Shown: piece after piece, positions 1 through 12,797 of the stretch
Layout of the letters: the number at the start of each line of letters is the position of its first letter
Position numbering within the stretch: position 1 is the stretch's first letter
From: Malacoraja senta
Lineage: Eukaryota
Direction: 5' to 3'
Length of the DNA: 64,000 nt
Assembly: GCA_038087875.1 (NCBI GenBank)
Contig: CM075997.1
Location: 1,986,001 to 2,050,000, forward strand
Notes under the pieces: model-generated
The model's database searches: none
What the model was told of the DNA's origin: nothing
The model's input: the letters and a program-made list of their open reading frames with translations, nothing else
Made by a program: the position numbers and the translations under genes

Positions 1-1252
1 TGGCGCGCGTGGGCGTGAACCGGTGGGCCCTCGGTAGGAATGTGGTGGACCACGCCATGACGGGGCGCAGCCCTGTCGAACCGGGGCGTGAGCAACCCTA
101 GGAAATCTGCGAGCAGGGCTGCGAAAGGTTGCTGGATCTCAGCTACCTCTTCAAGTTGCTGCGGCTTGGCAAGGCGCAGGTCCGACACAGGGATCATTCG
201 TCCGCCTCGCACATCAACTAACAAGGAGAACGCGCGCAAGAAATCGGCCCCCAGGATCGGTTGGGCAACGTCAGCAACGGTGAACTTCCACCTATACGGG
301 CGGGAGTCGAAATTTAAGTCCAGGGTCCGCGTACCATAGGTGCGAATGTCGCTCCCATTAACGGCAGAGAGGACGGGTCCTACCTTACCGACGCGAGTAT
401 CTCGGGCGCTCGGCGGAAGGATACTGGCGATGGCACCGGAGTCCACCAGGAAACGGTGGCCGGAATGGCGATCACGGATGTAGAGGCGTTCGTTTGGGCC
501 AATCGCCTTCGCCTCTATGGACGATCGGCCGAGGCATTTCCATGAAACGAACAGGGGCTCCGGCATCTTAGGGCTTCGGGGCCGTAGCGCTGATGGTAGT
601 AGTACCAACGACGTCTGCTGTAGATCACTGGAAGCGGCGATTCCTCCGGCGCTGGGCTGGGCTTGTTCTACCTCCCGCTGTCATCTCTGTTGCACCCGCG
701 CCGTGACAGGGAAGCGGGTGAAGGCACAAACGTCTCGCCGTCTGTGTGCCCACAATTCGTCAGCTGGGGGTCGCTGAAATCAGCTCCGGCGAGCATCAGC
801 TTCGTCGGGCATCTGCTCCAGGAAGGCCTGTTTGAAGAGCAGACGTGGGCGGTGCCCGTCCATCAGGGCTAACATGATGGTGGATGGCGCCGTGATGGTG
901 GATGGCGCCGATCGCCGACACTGTCCATATGTAGTATCTTCGCCGCCCTGTCTCTGCGACTGAGACCGAAAGTGTGGAGCAGGAGGGCTTTCAGACCTTT
1001 TTACTTGGCGATTGTCGGCGGGTCCCGGATGTAAGGCAACAGCCTCGAGGCACAGTCTTGTGGCAAAGCTCCCACCTCATGGAAATACATGGTATCGTCT
1101 GCGTTGATACGGTGCAGGTGAAACTGTGCCTCAACGTGGGCGAACCACACCTGAGGTTGATCGGGCCAAAACGATGGCAATTTGAAGCCCAGCCGATTCT
1201 GCGGGAACATAGTCTTCCTGCATGATCTGCTTGTCTAACGACGGCTAGACAG

Positions 1253-1265
1253 GTCGGGGTCACCA
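1253..1265 (-). other. Primer-binding site complementary to the tRNA-Trp 3' end
   Basis: TGGTGACCCCGAC on the minus strand is the complement of the vertebrate tRNA-Trp 3' end ...GTCGGGGTCACCA. Confidence 0.8.
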
Positions 1266-1268
1266 ATT

Positions 1269-1448
1269 TGGCGGTCGCAAGAACGACAACTGAGTTTTCA
1301 AACGTATTTTTATTCAGAAAATAACTTCTCAGTTTATAGGCTCTCACAACACGTCTGGCCACAACGGTGGTCAGCACTGAACTGCCGCGCGAAAGCAAAA
1401 CCGCGCGAAATCAGGCAGCCCCTCCCGGGTCAATTGACCGCGGCTTCA
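1269..1448 (-). repeat. 5' LTR (~180 bp) of the Gypsy element
   Basis: Begins TG(AAGCCGCGGTC) and ends (GACCGC)CA on the minus strand, contains CTATAAA and AATAAA, and lies 3 nt before the PBS. Confidence 0.75.
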
Positions 1449-2422
1449 TCATACTCCTCAGATTGTAACCAATAAGCAACTCTGTACACCTTCTTTTTTC
1501 CTCAACTTTTCAATTTTGGCATTGTAAACTACAAGTTTTCGCTCTTCAAACCACGCATGACATGCCTTTCTGCCCATTACTTTCCCACTAAGAATGTCCT
1601 GTAGATTCCATTTCTTCAGAAAAAGATATATTTTTTAAATAGCCTAAGTATCCAAATAACAAACTAATCCCATTCACACAAGAATTCACATGATTTTTAA
1701 ATCTCACTGTCATTAACTTATAGGCCAAATGGAAGGAAATTAATGTTTAATTCCCATAAATTAATCCAGTAACATCCACTCAAAATATAATCAAAATTAT
1801 TGTTTTTTGCACAATACATGTGACTCAAACTGTTGTGAATATTTAGTTTAAAAATAATGATCATGGAGAGAGAATAACACAAAATATAGACAATTTAGAC
1901 TGCTTATGACATGATTGTCCAAAAAAAAAGCATTTTAATCATCTTGCAAGTGGGTAATTCTGGAACACGATCGATTGAAACGTTGCATTTGTGGTGAATT
2001 TGAACCCCATATCGGCAGGAAAGACACTGCTGGTTCGTATGGGGCCCAAATAAAATTTTCGCAACGTAAAATTAGATTAAAGCCATCCCAAGAAGCAAGA
2101 TTATATGTAAAATACCCTTTGTTTTGTCCTGTTCTTGCGATCCGTCATGTTGTAGGCGTTGAGGGCGTTAGAAGTCGCTTTTTATTTTAATCCAATTATT
2201 AAATTGTCCAGCGAATTTAAAAAAAATAAACCGGGAACGGAAGTCCGAGCGATTTTTCTTCAGCAGCTAGCAGCCCGAGGAAATCCTCCTCCGACAGGCA
2301 ATACAAAACTGCATTTTAATCTCGCCCCCCCTGCCCTCCCCCCCCTCAAAGGCGTCAGAGTTGCGCACACGGCCAGTGGTAGAACTGCAGCGCCGCTGAA
2401 GGTAAGTTTTGTAACATCGCTA
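1449..2422. mobile_element. Possible DNA-transposon remnant ending ...TTTGTAACATCGCTA
   Basis: CpG-containing segment that ends abruptly against a CR1/SINE tail. Only one putative terminus is in the window. Confidence 0.3.
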
Positions 2423-3797
2423 GATATGGGTCAAACGTAGCAAATGGGACTAGTTTAGATGGGGCATCTTATTTAGCATGGATGAGTTGGGCCAAGGGAC
2501 CTGTTTCTGTGCAGTGTGACTCTATTCCTGACCCCTGGAGCTGTAGGTGAAACCCTGGCTTCACACTCTAGACTGATAGGAGCAAAATTAGGCCATTGGC
2601 CCATCAGGTCTACTCTGCCATTCAATCATGGCTGATCTATCTCTCGCTCCTAACCCCATTCTCCTGTCTTCTCCCCATAACCCCTGACACCCGTACCCTG
2701 AATCTGGTTTAACGTGGGGCCAAGTTAATTTTAAGTTACTGAACTTAAACTGACAAAGTTATTGCCTTCCACCACAGTGAAGAATGTTGATTCCACTGTG
2801 GTGGATGTTCGTGTTATATTCTATTGTGTATTGTGCTCTTTTGTTTGTATGGCTGCATGGAAAGTCAAATTCCACTGTACCTTAATTGGTGCATGTGGCA
2901 ATAAATGTGAACTTCAACTGAACATGAACTTTAAGTTAAAAGAGGGTGCAGGTGGATAGGACAAGGGGAATAACTCTGGTAGGTGAGGCTGTGATGCCCA
3001 GGTGATTCCAATGTTTATGATGGCATCTGGGAAACACTTTAATGAAGATGGTTTAGGTTTATTATTGTAATGTACACAGAGGTACACTGAAAGCTTTGTT
3101 TTGCATGCTATCCAATCGGATAAGATAATACTACACTATACAATTATTTAGGAGCTGTGAATGTATACCGGGGCATGCGCACTGCTTTGTTTCCTGAAGT
3201 CTATCACTAACTCCTTTGTCTTGCAGACATTGAGAGAAGGGAGCTGAGAACGCATCCTTGCCGAGCACCAGTATTGAGGATTATCGTAGAGGATGACTGG
3301 TCTACTTTCTACACACTAGGGGCAATTTACAGCAGGCAATTAACCTTCAACCCTGCACAACGTGCACATCTTTAGGATGTGGGTGGAAACCAGAGCACTC
3401 GGAGAAAACCCATGTGGGAACTGGGAGAACGTGCAAACTACACACAGAAGGCATCCGAGGTGAGGATGAAACCCGGGTCTCTGGGATGCTGTGATGCAAC
3501 CCAATAGTTTGCTTTTACATGGAGCATCTATAGAACTTTGTAAAAGTTAAGAATATAAGGCGTTCTCAAAAAATAAGATCTGAGTGGCACAGATGGAAAT
3601 GAGAACAAAATAAGTTCTTTGGACTCATTTTCAAATAATCACTGACTTCCACGAACAGATTATATCTGCCCTAAACAATTTCCAGTCAATCTGCAGAGGT
3701 TGAACTCTGAGCAAAACAGAAAGTACTGGAGGAAATTAGCATGTTAGTTCAGGGCTGAGAGAGGGTGTTCCCACTCCACGTTTATCTCATGCTATAC

Positions 3798-3804
3798 TAT
3801 ATAA
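3798..3804 (+). promoter_or_regulatory. Candidate TATA box of the galectin gene
   Basis: TATATAA ~90 bp upstream of the ATG at 3889. Confidence 0.35.
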
Positions 3805-3888
3805 GAGATACTACACAATACTTGTAAGTTCAATCAGTTACCCCTAATCGCCAGAGCAGAAAGAAGGAAGGCGAGAGCCAGCAAGAGG

Positions 3889-3915
3889 ATGAATCAGTCG
3901 TCCAACTATAACCCG
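3889..3915 (+). CDS. Galectin, candidate first coding exon (MNQSSNYNP)
   Basis: ATG...TATAACCCG|GTAGGA. A short N-terminal exon ending YNP at phase 0 is typical of galectin-4/-8. Confidence 0.55.
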
Positions 3916-4039
3916 GTAGGAAGCAGCAATCTCACCCCGTTAGACCCTGTCGTTGTTTTGTTAATTGGTTGTTTTCCCTGACAATGTCCGCGGCGATTGT
4001 TTCATTGTTTCTCCCACTTTTTAGAATATTGAGCCAAAG

Positions 4040-4410
4040 GCTCAAATGGGGATGAGGGTTTAGATGAGGTTCTGGGTTATTGGAGAAGCGTGGGAGAGCT
4101 GGGGAATGCAGAGAGTTGGAGCCAGGGAAAGTGAGAGGGATTGAGAGAGTGAAAGAGTGAGAGGGACATAGGATGTGAGAGATGAGGTAAGGGAATACGA
4201 ATTAAGATTGAGGAACAGAGAAAGCTGGGGAAGATTGAGAGGGAGTGGGGAGAGTGGGAAATGTGAGGAAGCATGAGAGGGTTTGAGAAATGGACTGGGG
4301 AGAATAAGAGGGACTGGGGAGCATGAGTGGGAGGAATTGGGAGAGTGCAAGGGAGAGTGAGAAGGATTGGGGAGAGTGAGAGAGACTGGGGATAGTGAGA
4401 GGATGATATG
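4040..4410 (+). repeat. Purine-rich (G/A) low-complexity tract
   Basis: Runs of GGGAGAG/GAGAGTG; produces spurious Ser/Leu/Pro ORFs on the minus strand. Confidence 0.7.
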
Positions 4411-6391
4411 AAATTTTCCTATGGAACTGTGGTGAGTAAAACAGCACCAAAGGGGACAGCAGTTAATGAAGAATGAGCCATTTTGTCTGTGAGCTTGGGC
4501 TGCCATGTGCTGGAACTCGAGTAGGGTTGCCAACTGTACTAGCCGGGACATCCCGTATATTGTGCTAAATTGGCTTGTCCCTTGTGGGACCGCCCTTATC
4601 CCGTGTTTGACTGCTACTTCCCTGAGCTCCGACGCCCCTTAAATCTCCCAAGTGCCAGCCCCCACAGGAGCGAACACATGGCGAATTGTCACAGCAGGTA
4701 GCAGCTATGAGATGTTATCAACCGGCTCATCTCTATCTCTCTCTCTCGCTCTCTCATAAAAAAAGACTTTCTTACCATTTATCGTATCCATTTCTTTCAA
4801 CAACTTAATCAAATCATCCCTTTTTTTATTATTTTGTGGGAAAAGAAAATGGTTTAACCTCACGTCTAAATACTTGAGTTTGAGAGATTTTCCCATGTGC
4901 CTGCTTGTAATCCATATCCTTCCATTCTCTGCATATCCACGTGCCTATCTACAAGTTTCTTAAATGTCACAGACTGCAAGAAGGTGGGAAGACTTGGCAT
5001 TCCTTGTATGTGAATACTTGGCCAATAAACGTATTCTTTCATTCATTCATTCATTCAAATGGTGTGTTTTAACATCTGCCACAAAGTACCAAGACTCCAC
5101 ATCCCGTTTGCTGCATTTGGACAAGGAATGTAGAACATAGAACAGTACAGGAACAGATGCTCCAGCTCACAATGTCTGTGCCAAACATACCAGAACCAAC
5201 TCTTATCTATCAACACATAATCCATGTCCCTCCATATGCCTATCCAAAAGTCATTTAAATGCCAATACACATCTGCTTCCACCACCAGCTCTGGCAGTTC
5301 CAGCCACTCACTACCCTCTGTGTAAAAATTCCTCTTGTCTTTGTCCTTGGTTGGATTTACAAATTAGTTTGGCTATTCCTCTCTTCTGGTTGTTTTACTA
5401 AGGAGAGCTGGGAAAGTTGTTGAACCTTCACTGTCCTGTGTATACAGGTACCATAGAATCATACAGCATGTAAACAGGCCTTTTGGCCCAGAGTCCACAC
5501 CATACATCAACCACCCAGTTGCACTAACACTACATGAATCCCATGTTATTCTCCGCACGTTCTCATCAGCTCCCACCAGATTTTACCACTCGCCTACATA
5601 CAAATGGCAGTGACCATGTAACCTATCTACCCGCGTGTCTGTGGGACGTGGGAGGAAACTGGGACATCGGTTCAAAACTTACGCGGTCACAGGGAGAACA
5701 TGAGAACTCCACACAGACAGCTCCCGAGGCCAGGACTGAATACGGGTCTGTGTGGCAGCGGCACTACCAGATGCACCAATGAGATCTCGTTCATCGCCGC
5801 TACTGCTCATGCAGGTTATCACTTATCTTCCCAGCTGCAGCGATCTCAGTGGGCATTTTATCTTCAACACAGCTGTCTGCTTGCAGGAAAGCATCGGGTG
5901 AGATGGTTCGAGTCCAGGGTGCGATGTTAGGTAGATTTGGAAACATGGGATGCCCGGCTAAAGTGATGTTCACTGGATGGGTACTAAGGAACATCACAGT
6001 TACACCTGGCTTGGTCTGGCACGTGTTCTTATTACCTTATCAGTCTGAAGAATGGTCTCGACCCAAAACATCACCCATTCCTTCTCTCCAGAGACGCTGA
6101 GTTACTCCAGCATTTTGTGTCTACCTACTTAATACTTTTTTGGGCAATTTCTCAAGGAAAATCAATCCCTTGCTGCTTCATAGTGGTTCTTAGTGATGGT
6201 ATCCAGTTTTTGTGGCTTTGTGTAAGGGTTGTAGTGGACTGCCAACCATGGAGTAAGTACTAAAGAAGGAACTGCAGATGCTGGAAAATCGAAGGTACAC
6301 AAAAATGCTGGAGAAACTCAGCGGGTGCAGCAGCATCTATGGAGCGAAGGAAATAGGTAATGTTTCGGGCCGAAACCCTTCTTCAGACATG

Positions 6392-8543
6392 TTGGATATG
6401 CAATGGAAGGCATTTAAAGACTGCATGGATGAACTACAAAAATTGTTCATCCCAGTTTGGCAAAAGAATAAATCAGGGAAGGTAGAGCATCCGTGGATAA
6501 CAAGGGAAATCAGGGATAGTATCAAAGCAAAAGATGATGCGTACAAATTAGCCAGAAAAAGCAGCATACCAGAGGACTGGGAGAAATTCAGAGACCAGCA
6601 GAGGAGGACAAAGGGCTTAATTAGGAAAGGGAAAATAGATTATGAAAGGAAACTGGCAGGGAACATAAAAACTGACTGCAAAAGTTTTTATAGATATGTG
6701 AAGAGAAAGAGATTAGTTAAAACAAATGTAGGTCCCTTGCAGTCAGAAACAGGTGAATTGATCATGGGGAACAAGGATATGGCGGACCAATTGAATAACT
6801 ACTTTGGTTCCGTCTTCACTAAGGAAGACATAAATAATCTGCCGGAAATAGCAGGGGGCCGCGGGTCAAAGGAGATGGAGGAACTGAGTGAAATCCAGGT
6901 TAGTCGGGAAGTGGTGTTGGGTAAATTGAATGGATTAAAGGCCGATAAATCACCAGGGCCAGATAGGCTGCATCCCAGAGTATTTAAGGAAGTAGCTCCA
7001 GAAATAGTGGATGCATTAGTGATCATTTTTCAAAACTCTTTAGATTCTGGAGTAGTTCCTGAGGATTGGAGGGTAGCAAACGTAACCCCACTTTTTAAGA
7101 AGGGAGGGAGAGAGAAAACGGGGAATTTCAGACCAGTTAGTCTAACATCGGTAGTGGGGAAACTGCTAGAGTCACTTATTAAAGATGGGATAGCAGCACA
7201 TTTGGAAAGTGGTGAAATCATTGGACAAAGTCAGCATGGATTTACGAAAGGTAAATCGTGTCTGACGAATCTTATAGAATTTTTCGAGGATGTAACTAGT
7301 AGAGTGGATAGGGGAGAACCAGTGGATGTGTTGTATCTGGACTTTCAGAAGGCTTTCGACAAGGTACCACATAAGAGATTAGGATACAAACTTAAATCAC
7401 ACGGTATTGGGGGTTCAGTATTGATGTGGATAGAGAACTGGCTGGCAAACAGGAAGCAAAGAGTAGGAGTAAACGGGTCCTTTTCACAATGGCAGGCAGT
7501 GACTAGTGGGGTACCGCAAGGCTCAGTGCTGGGACCCCAGCTATTTACAATTTATATTAATGATCTGGACGAGGGAATTGAAAGCAACATCTCCAAGTTT
7601 GCGGATGACACTAAGCTGGGGGGGAAGTGTTAGCTGTGAGGGGGATGCTAGGAGACTGCAAGGTGACTTGGATAGGCTGGGTGAGTGGGGCAAATGTTTG
7701 GCAGATGCAGTATAATGTGGATAAAATGTGAGGTTATCCACTTTGGTGGCAAAAACGGGAAAGCAGACTATTTATCTAAATGGTGGCCGATTAGGAAATG
7801 GGGAGATGCAGCGAGACCTGGGTGTCATGGTACACCAGTCATTGAAAGTAGGCATGCAGGTGCAGCAGGCAGTGAAGGAAAGCGAATGGTATGTTGGCCT
7901 TCATAGCAAGAGGATTTGAGTATAGGAGCAGGGAGGTTCTACTGCAGTTGTACAGGGTCTTGGTGAGACCACACCTGGAGTATTGCGTACAGTTTGGTCT
8001 CCAAATCTGAGGAAGGACATTATAGCCATAGAGGGAGTGCAGAGAAGGTTCACCAGACTGATTCCTGGGATGTCAGGACTTTCATATGAAGAAAGACTGG
8101 ATAGACTTGGCTTATACTCGCTAGAAATTTAGGAGATTGAGAGGGGATCTTATAGAAATGTACAAAATTCTTATGGGGTTGGACAGGCTAGATGCAGGAA
8201 GATTGTTCCCGATGTTGGGGAAGTCCAGGACAAGGGGTCACAGCTTAAGGATAAGGGGAAATCCTTTAAGACCGAGATGAGGAAAAACGTTTTCACACAG
8301 AGAGTGGTGAATCTCTGGAACTCTCTGCCACAGAGGGTAGTTGAGGCCAGTTCATTGGCTATATTAAGAGGGAGTTAGATGTGGCCCTTGTGGCTAAAGG
8401 ATCAGGGGGTATGGAGAGAAGGCAGGTACGGGATACTGAGTTGGATGATCAGCCATGATCATATTGAATGGCGGTGGCAGGCTCGAAGGGCCGAATGGCC
8501 TACTCCTGCACCTATTTCTATGTTCTATGTATCTATGTATCTA
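6392..8543 (+). mobile_element. CR1-clade LINE, 5'-truncated, frameshifted ORF2
   Basis: RT motifs [33 protein letters not shown]. 3' tail of TTCTATGT/ATCTATGT repeats. Very similar to the copy at 23670-26952. Confidence 0.95.
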
Positions 8544-8616
8544 TTGCTGGTGACCAAAGCTGTGTGGGAGTTATGAGCATCTCAGAGAACCTGATTGACT
8601 GAACTTTGCTTTGCAG

Positions 8617-8818
8617 ATTCGCGGTGGACTTTATGTGCAGCAACTCCAAATATTCGGATATTGCTTTTCACTTCAACGTGCGTTACAGTCAATCCGCCGT
8701 GGTCTGCAACACGTTGGAGAATGGCAGATGGGGAACTGAAGAGATAATCTTCCAGACTCCCATCAATGCCGGATCCTACTTTGAACTCATCATTAAAACA
8801 TGCAATGATTGTTTCCAG
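8617..8818 (+). CDS. Galectin CRD core exon (galectin-8/9/4-like N-terminal CRD)
   Basis: TTGCAG|A TTC...TTCCAG|GTATGT. FAVDFMC..DIAFHFNVRY..VVCNT..GRWGTEEI..FELII has the H-x-N-x-R, N and WG-x-E sugar-binding motifs. Confidence 0.92.
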
Positions 8819-8889
8819 GTATGTAGGATGGCTCCAGTTATAGTCGCACCCTAATCTTGGCCTGAAAAACTGTAACCTAGAGGATTAAA

Positions 8890-9660
8890 TTTAGCTTCAT
8901 TATTATCGTCATATGCACCGAGATACAGTGAAAATGTTTTGTTTGTGTGCTGTTCCATCAAATCCAATAATACTACACGTGAGTACAATCATGCCAAACA
9001 CATGTATAATAGGTGGAGCAAGGAAAAAATACTAGGATGCACAATATACTTTCTCAGCATTGAAGCATAACAGTTTCAGCAAATAAGTCCAATGTTCACA
9101 ATGAAGTAGGTTGAAGAATCAAGACTATCCTACGAAAGAACCATTCTGAAGCCTCTGATAACAAGAGGAGAAGAAGCTGTTCCTGAGTCTGGTGGGATGC
9201 GCTTTAAGCTTCTGTATCTTCTGCCTGATAGGAGTGGGGAGAAGAGGGGATGATCTGGGTGGGAAAGGACCTTGATTATGTTGGCTGCTTTCCAGAGGTA
9301 GCAAGAAGTGTAGAAAGAGTCAATGGTGGGGAGTCTGGTCTGTGTGATGGAATGAGCTACATCCGTAATTCTCTGCAATTTCTTGGGCACAGCTGTTCCC
9401 AAACCAAGCTGTGATGCAACCCCAAGTATGCTTTCTATGATGCATCTGTAGACATTTGTCAGAGTCATTGCAGACATGCTGAATTTCCTCAATCTATACA
9501 GGAAGTGGAGGCATCAATGTGCTTTTTTTGACTCGCAACCATTTCCACTTCATCACCCTTTAATGCTGATGACTCCACCAGCCTTCCTGAAGTCATTAAC
9601 TAGCTCCTTCGTCCTACTGATGTTGGGGGAGAAGATATTGTCTGGACAACACTTGACCAG
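8890..9660 (-). mobile_element. Rex1/Babar-like LINE 3' fragment
   Basis: ORF 9130-9492 reads LTNVYRCIIESIL...KKLQRI...SHPDHPLFSPLLSGRRYRSLK, resembling the Rex1 ORF C-terminus. A related 3' end lies at ~63330-63585 (+). Confidence 0.7.
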
Positions 9661-10621
9661 AAAGCTACAAGGCCACTAGATCATGAAGAAGGGACTCACC
9701 CCGAAACGTCACCCATTCCTTCTCTCCAGAGATGCTGCCTGTTCCGCTGAGTTAATCCAGCATTTTGTGTCCACCTTCGATTTAGTTTTGAAATGAAAAT
9801 TGGAAGTGAGCCAGAGTTGACTGGTCATCAGGATTTAACCATTCTTTTCAGAAAGAGTCAGTTCTGTTTTCATTGGCTTGGGAAGGTGGGCCAGTGAGGA
9901 GGGACTTGCTGGCTGACCAATGATGAGATGGTGAGCGATTCAGGGGGTCACAAGAATAATGTATCCAATCAGAATTGGCAACTAAATCCCCAAGGGAACA
10001 TGGGACCTCAGTACATTTGAACATTTAGATCATCACCATCAACACGGGGCTAATATTGATGGGCATCTTTGTCAAGTTGGGTCAAAGGGCATTTTACCTT
10101 GCTATATGACTTTATTACTCGATACCATACTTACAGTATAAAAATAGGCCATTCGGCCCATTGGGTCTACGCAAGGTCTCAGGCAAACCCACATTAATAT
10201 AATTTGTTTAGAGATATTTCTTACACTTATTTCCATGTATCAATTCCCTCTCACATTCCCAGCACCCAAATTCTCCCCCTCATCTACTCACTCGGGGCCA
10301 ACTAACTTACTGACTCAAAACGCCTTTGGAATGCCGGAGGAAATCAGAGGGAGATTGTGGGTGGATGGAGATGTACTGGATGGAATTACAACCATTGAAC
10401 CACTGGGTTAGTCAAATACTACCACCTTTTGCTTCAATCCTGAATCTTGGAAGTGGAATGTAAGCCTTGTGTATGGAGTAAGGGAAGCTCCTGAATTCTG
10501 GGGGGAATAATTAATTGTAATTGGGTAGATCATGACCGGCATTGACTCAATGGGCCTGTTTTCATGCGGTTTGACTCCTGCCTTTTTTTCTAAGTGACAC
10601 GGATGTTCTCTTCTCCCACAG

Positions 10622-10741
10622 GTCTCTGTGGACGGGCAGCATTTCCTGGAGTACGGACACAGTTTGCCCTTGATGAGAGTCGACACCCTGAAGATTGCCG
10701 CAGATGTTCATGTGAATGCCATCACCTTCAACGAACCAGAC
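10622..10741 (+). CDS. Galectin CRD C-terminal exon
   Basis: CCCACAG|GTC...GAC|GTGGGT, 120 bp, phase 0/0. VSVDGQHFLEYGHSLPLMRVDTLKIAADVHVNAITF matches the V-x-V-N/D-G-x-H-x-x-x-Y-x-H pattern. Confidence 0.9.
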
Positions 10742-10912
10742 GTGGGTATTACACTGTTTACTTGCCGATCCCAAGCCCAGTGTGGAAGGGCAGAGACTGA
10801 GGCAACCAGGCATCCCCCCCCTTCCCTCCGACATGGACAGGGAGCGGTCTCCGGCCCCCTTTTTTTCTAAACATCTATTTGCTTCGGTTTTTTTTTTTTA
10901 ATTTCCCCCTTA

Positions 10913-11107
<195 letters not shown>

Positions 11108-11471
11108 TCATTGGTGACATTTCGGGTCGAGACCCTTCTTCAGACTGACAGTCAAGGGAAAGGGAAACGGGATATATAGGCATATCTTCCATGCATTTGT
11201 CCTTAGTACCATCTATATCTCTTGTTCCTCTTTCCCCTGACTCAGTCTGAAGAACGGTCTCGACCCGAAATGTCATCTATTGCACTCGATGATCGTTGCT
11301 TTTGTCCGTCTGTCCGCTCGTCCTTGGATTAAGTAGCGCAGGATAAAGCTGCGAATTCACGCACAGGATGGAAACTGGAAACTGAAAAGTAGGGGACCGC
11401 CGTCCCCCTGTGTATCCCCCCATTTACATCCCTGGGTGTAAGTACTAACATTTTATGTTATTGTTTTACAG

Positions 11472-11504
11472 AGCACACCTGCCCAAGTGACTGTGTCTAA
11501 TCCA
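11472..11504 (+). CDS. Galectin linker exon (STPAQVTVSNP)
   Basis: TTGTTTTACAG|...CCA|GTAAGT, 33 bp in frame. Ends in NP like the segment preceding a second CRD. Confidence 0.6.
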
Positions 11505-11534
11505 GTAAGTATTTGTTCAAGAAAGAACTGCAGA

Positions 11535-12030
11535 TCAGAATCAGAATCAGAATCACACTTTATTCGCCAAGTATGTTTTGCAACATACGAGGAATTTAAT
11601 TGGCCAGTTCAGTCATACAATTAAAAACAACAAATCACTCAAAACCCCATTTTAACATGAACATCCACCACAGTGACTCCTACACATTCCTCACTGTGAT
11701 GCAAGGCGAAATAAAGTTCAAGTCCTCCCTCGGTCGGGGGCCTCGAGCCCTCCGTTGACGGGATGATCTTGACTCCCGTAGCCGTCAGCGTTCGGGCCCT
11801 CCGCGTTGAGGCGATCAAGCTCCCGCATTGGGGGGATTGTCAGCTCCCCCGCGCAGGACGATCGAACCTCGCGTCGGGGCTGGCCGAGCCTTCCGCGGCG
11901 TTGGAGCTCCCGACTAGCCTCACCCGAGACTGCGAGCCCTTGTTGGTAAGTCCACGGTGGTCGCGATCCCAGGCAAGGGATCCGCTCCGATGTTAAATCC
12001 GCGCCCCGCGGTGGGTGTCCATTGAGTCCA
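11535..12030 (-). mobile_element. Non-autonomous retroposon: GC/CpG-rich head, LINE-like 3' end, (TTCTGA)n tail
   Basis: (CAGAAT)n at ~11535 followed by TTTATT. The 3' body matches, inverted, the repeats at ~2745-2930 and ~12120-12292. Confidence 0.5.
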
Positions 12031-12797
12031 TGTAACTTTATGGAGCAATCTTATTCCCCCACTAATTTTCCATCTCCCTATTCTCCCCACATTTCCAAAA
12101 TGGGTGAACAAGAGGAAGATGACTGAACTTTATTGCCTTCCCTCACAGTGGGAAACGTTGATTCCGCTGTGGTGGATGTTCATGTTAAATTCTATAGTGT
12201 TATGTTCATTTTATTTTATTAGTGTGGCTGTATGGTAACTCAAATTTCACTGCACCAATTGGTGTATGTGACAATAAGTGTAACTTGAACTTGTCAGGAA
12301 GATTTGAAGGTAAAATGGTGCCTAAGTCCCTTGTAGCCATTCTCCTCTGCAAGAGATATATTGCTTTGGATACTAAAGGGGAAGGTCCTAGTAGCATCTA
12401 AGAGGCTTTTAGATAGGCACACGGACATCCTCACGCATTTAGCCACCGTGTTCTGGTCATTGTGGGTGGCTCAGCTGAGCAGCAGGGAGGGGAAAAGAAT
12501 GAGAAGGCTGTAGAGAGGGAAATCAATTGTAAGAGGAACAGCCATGTGTGTCTCCCGCAACAAATCAGACTATTATTGGTGCAACCTGAACTGCAGGCAA
12601 TACTCTACTTCTTTCGTGTGGCGTGCACAGCCTAAAGTTGTTCTATTTGATCTTCTGTTGTGCACGTCGAGTTGATTGCATTAGTCAAAACAGGGCGGAC
12701 CATGTGAAGGTTGCTATCTTCCACCCCAGGCAATACTCCAAATGCAGTCTAACCAAAGTCCTATAAAGCTTCATCAAGACTTCCAGGCTCTTACATC

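Larger units (their letters stand above)
1..1448 (-). mobile_element. Gypsy/Ty3 LTR retrotransposon, 5' portion (LTR, PBS, degenerate gag, protease, start of RT); runs off the left edge
   Basis: Minus-strand gag N-terminus KLPSFWPDQPQVWFAHVEAQF (1001-1210). Degenerate knuckle WYYYHQRYG..C..PC (~545-610). Aspartic protease FLVDSGA...ILGADFL (~230-490). RT lead-in HGVVHHIPTEGPPVHA at the edge. pol is in the -1 frame relative to gag. Confidence 0.9.

Noticed and set aside
5849..5945. GEMVRVQGAM as the missing galectin exon
   Set aside because: It resembles the galectin G-x-x-V-x-I-Q-G strand, but no AG/GT sites give the required phase and length. At best a decayed remnant.
6278..7633. 451-aa ORF as a host gene
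   Set aside because: Chance fusion of a Penelope-derived repeat with a truncated CR1 ORF2.
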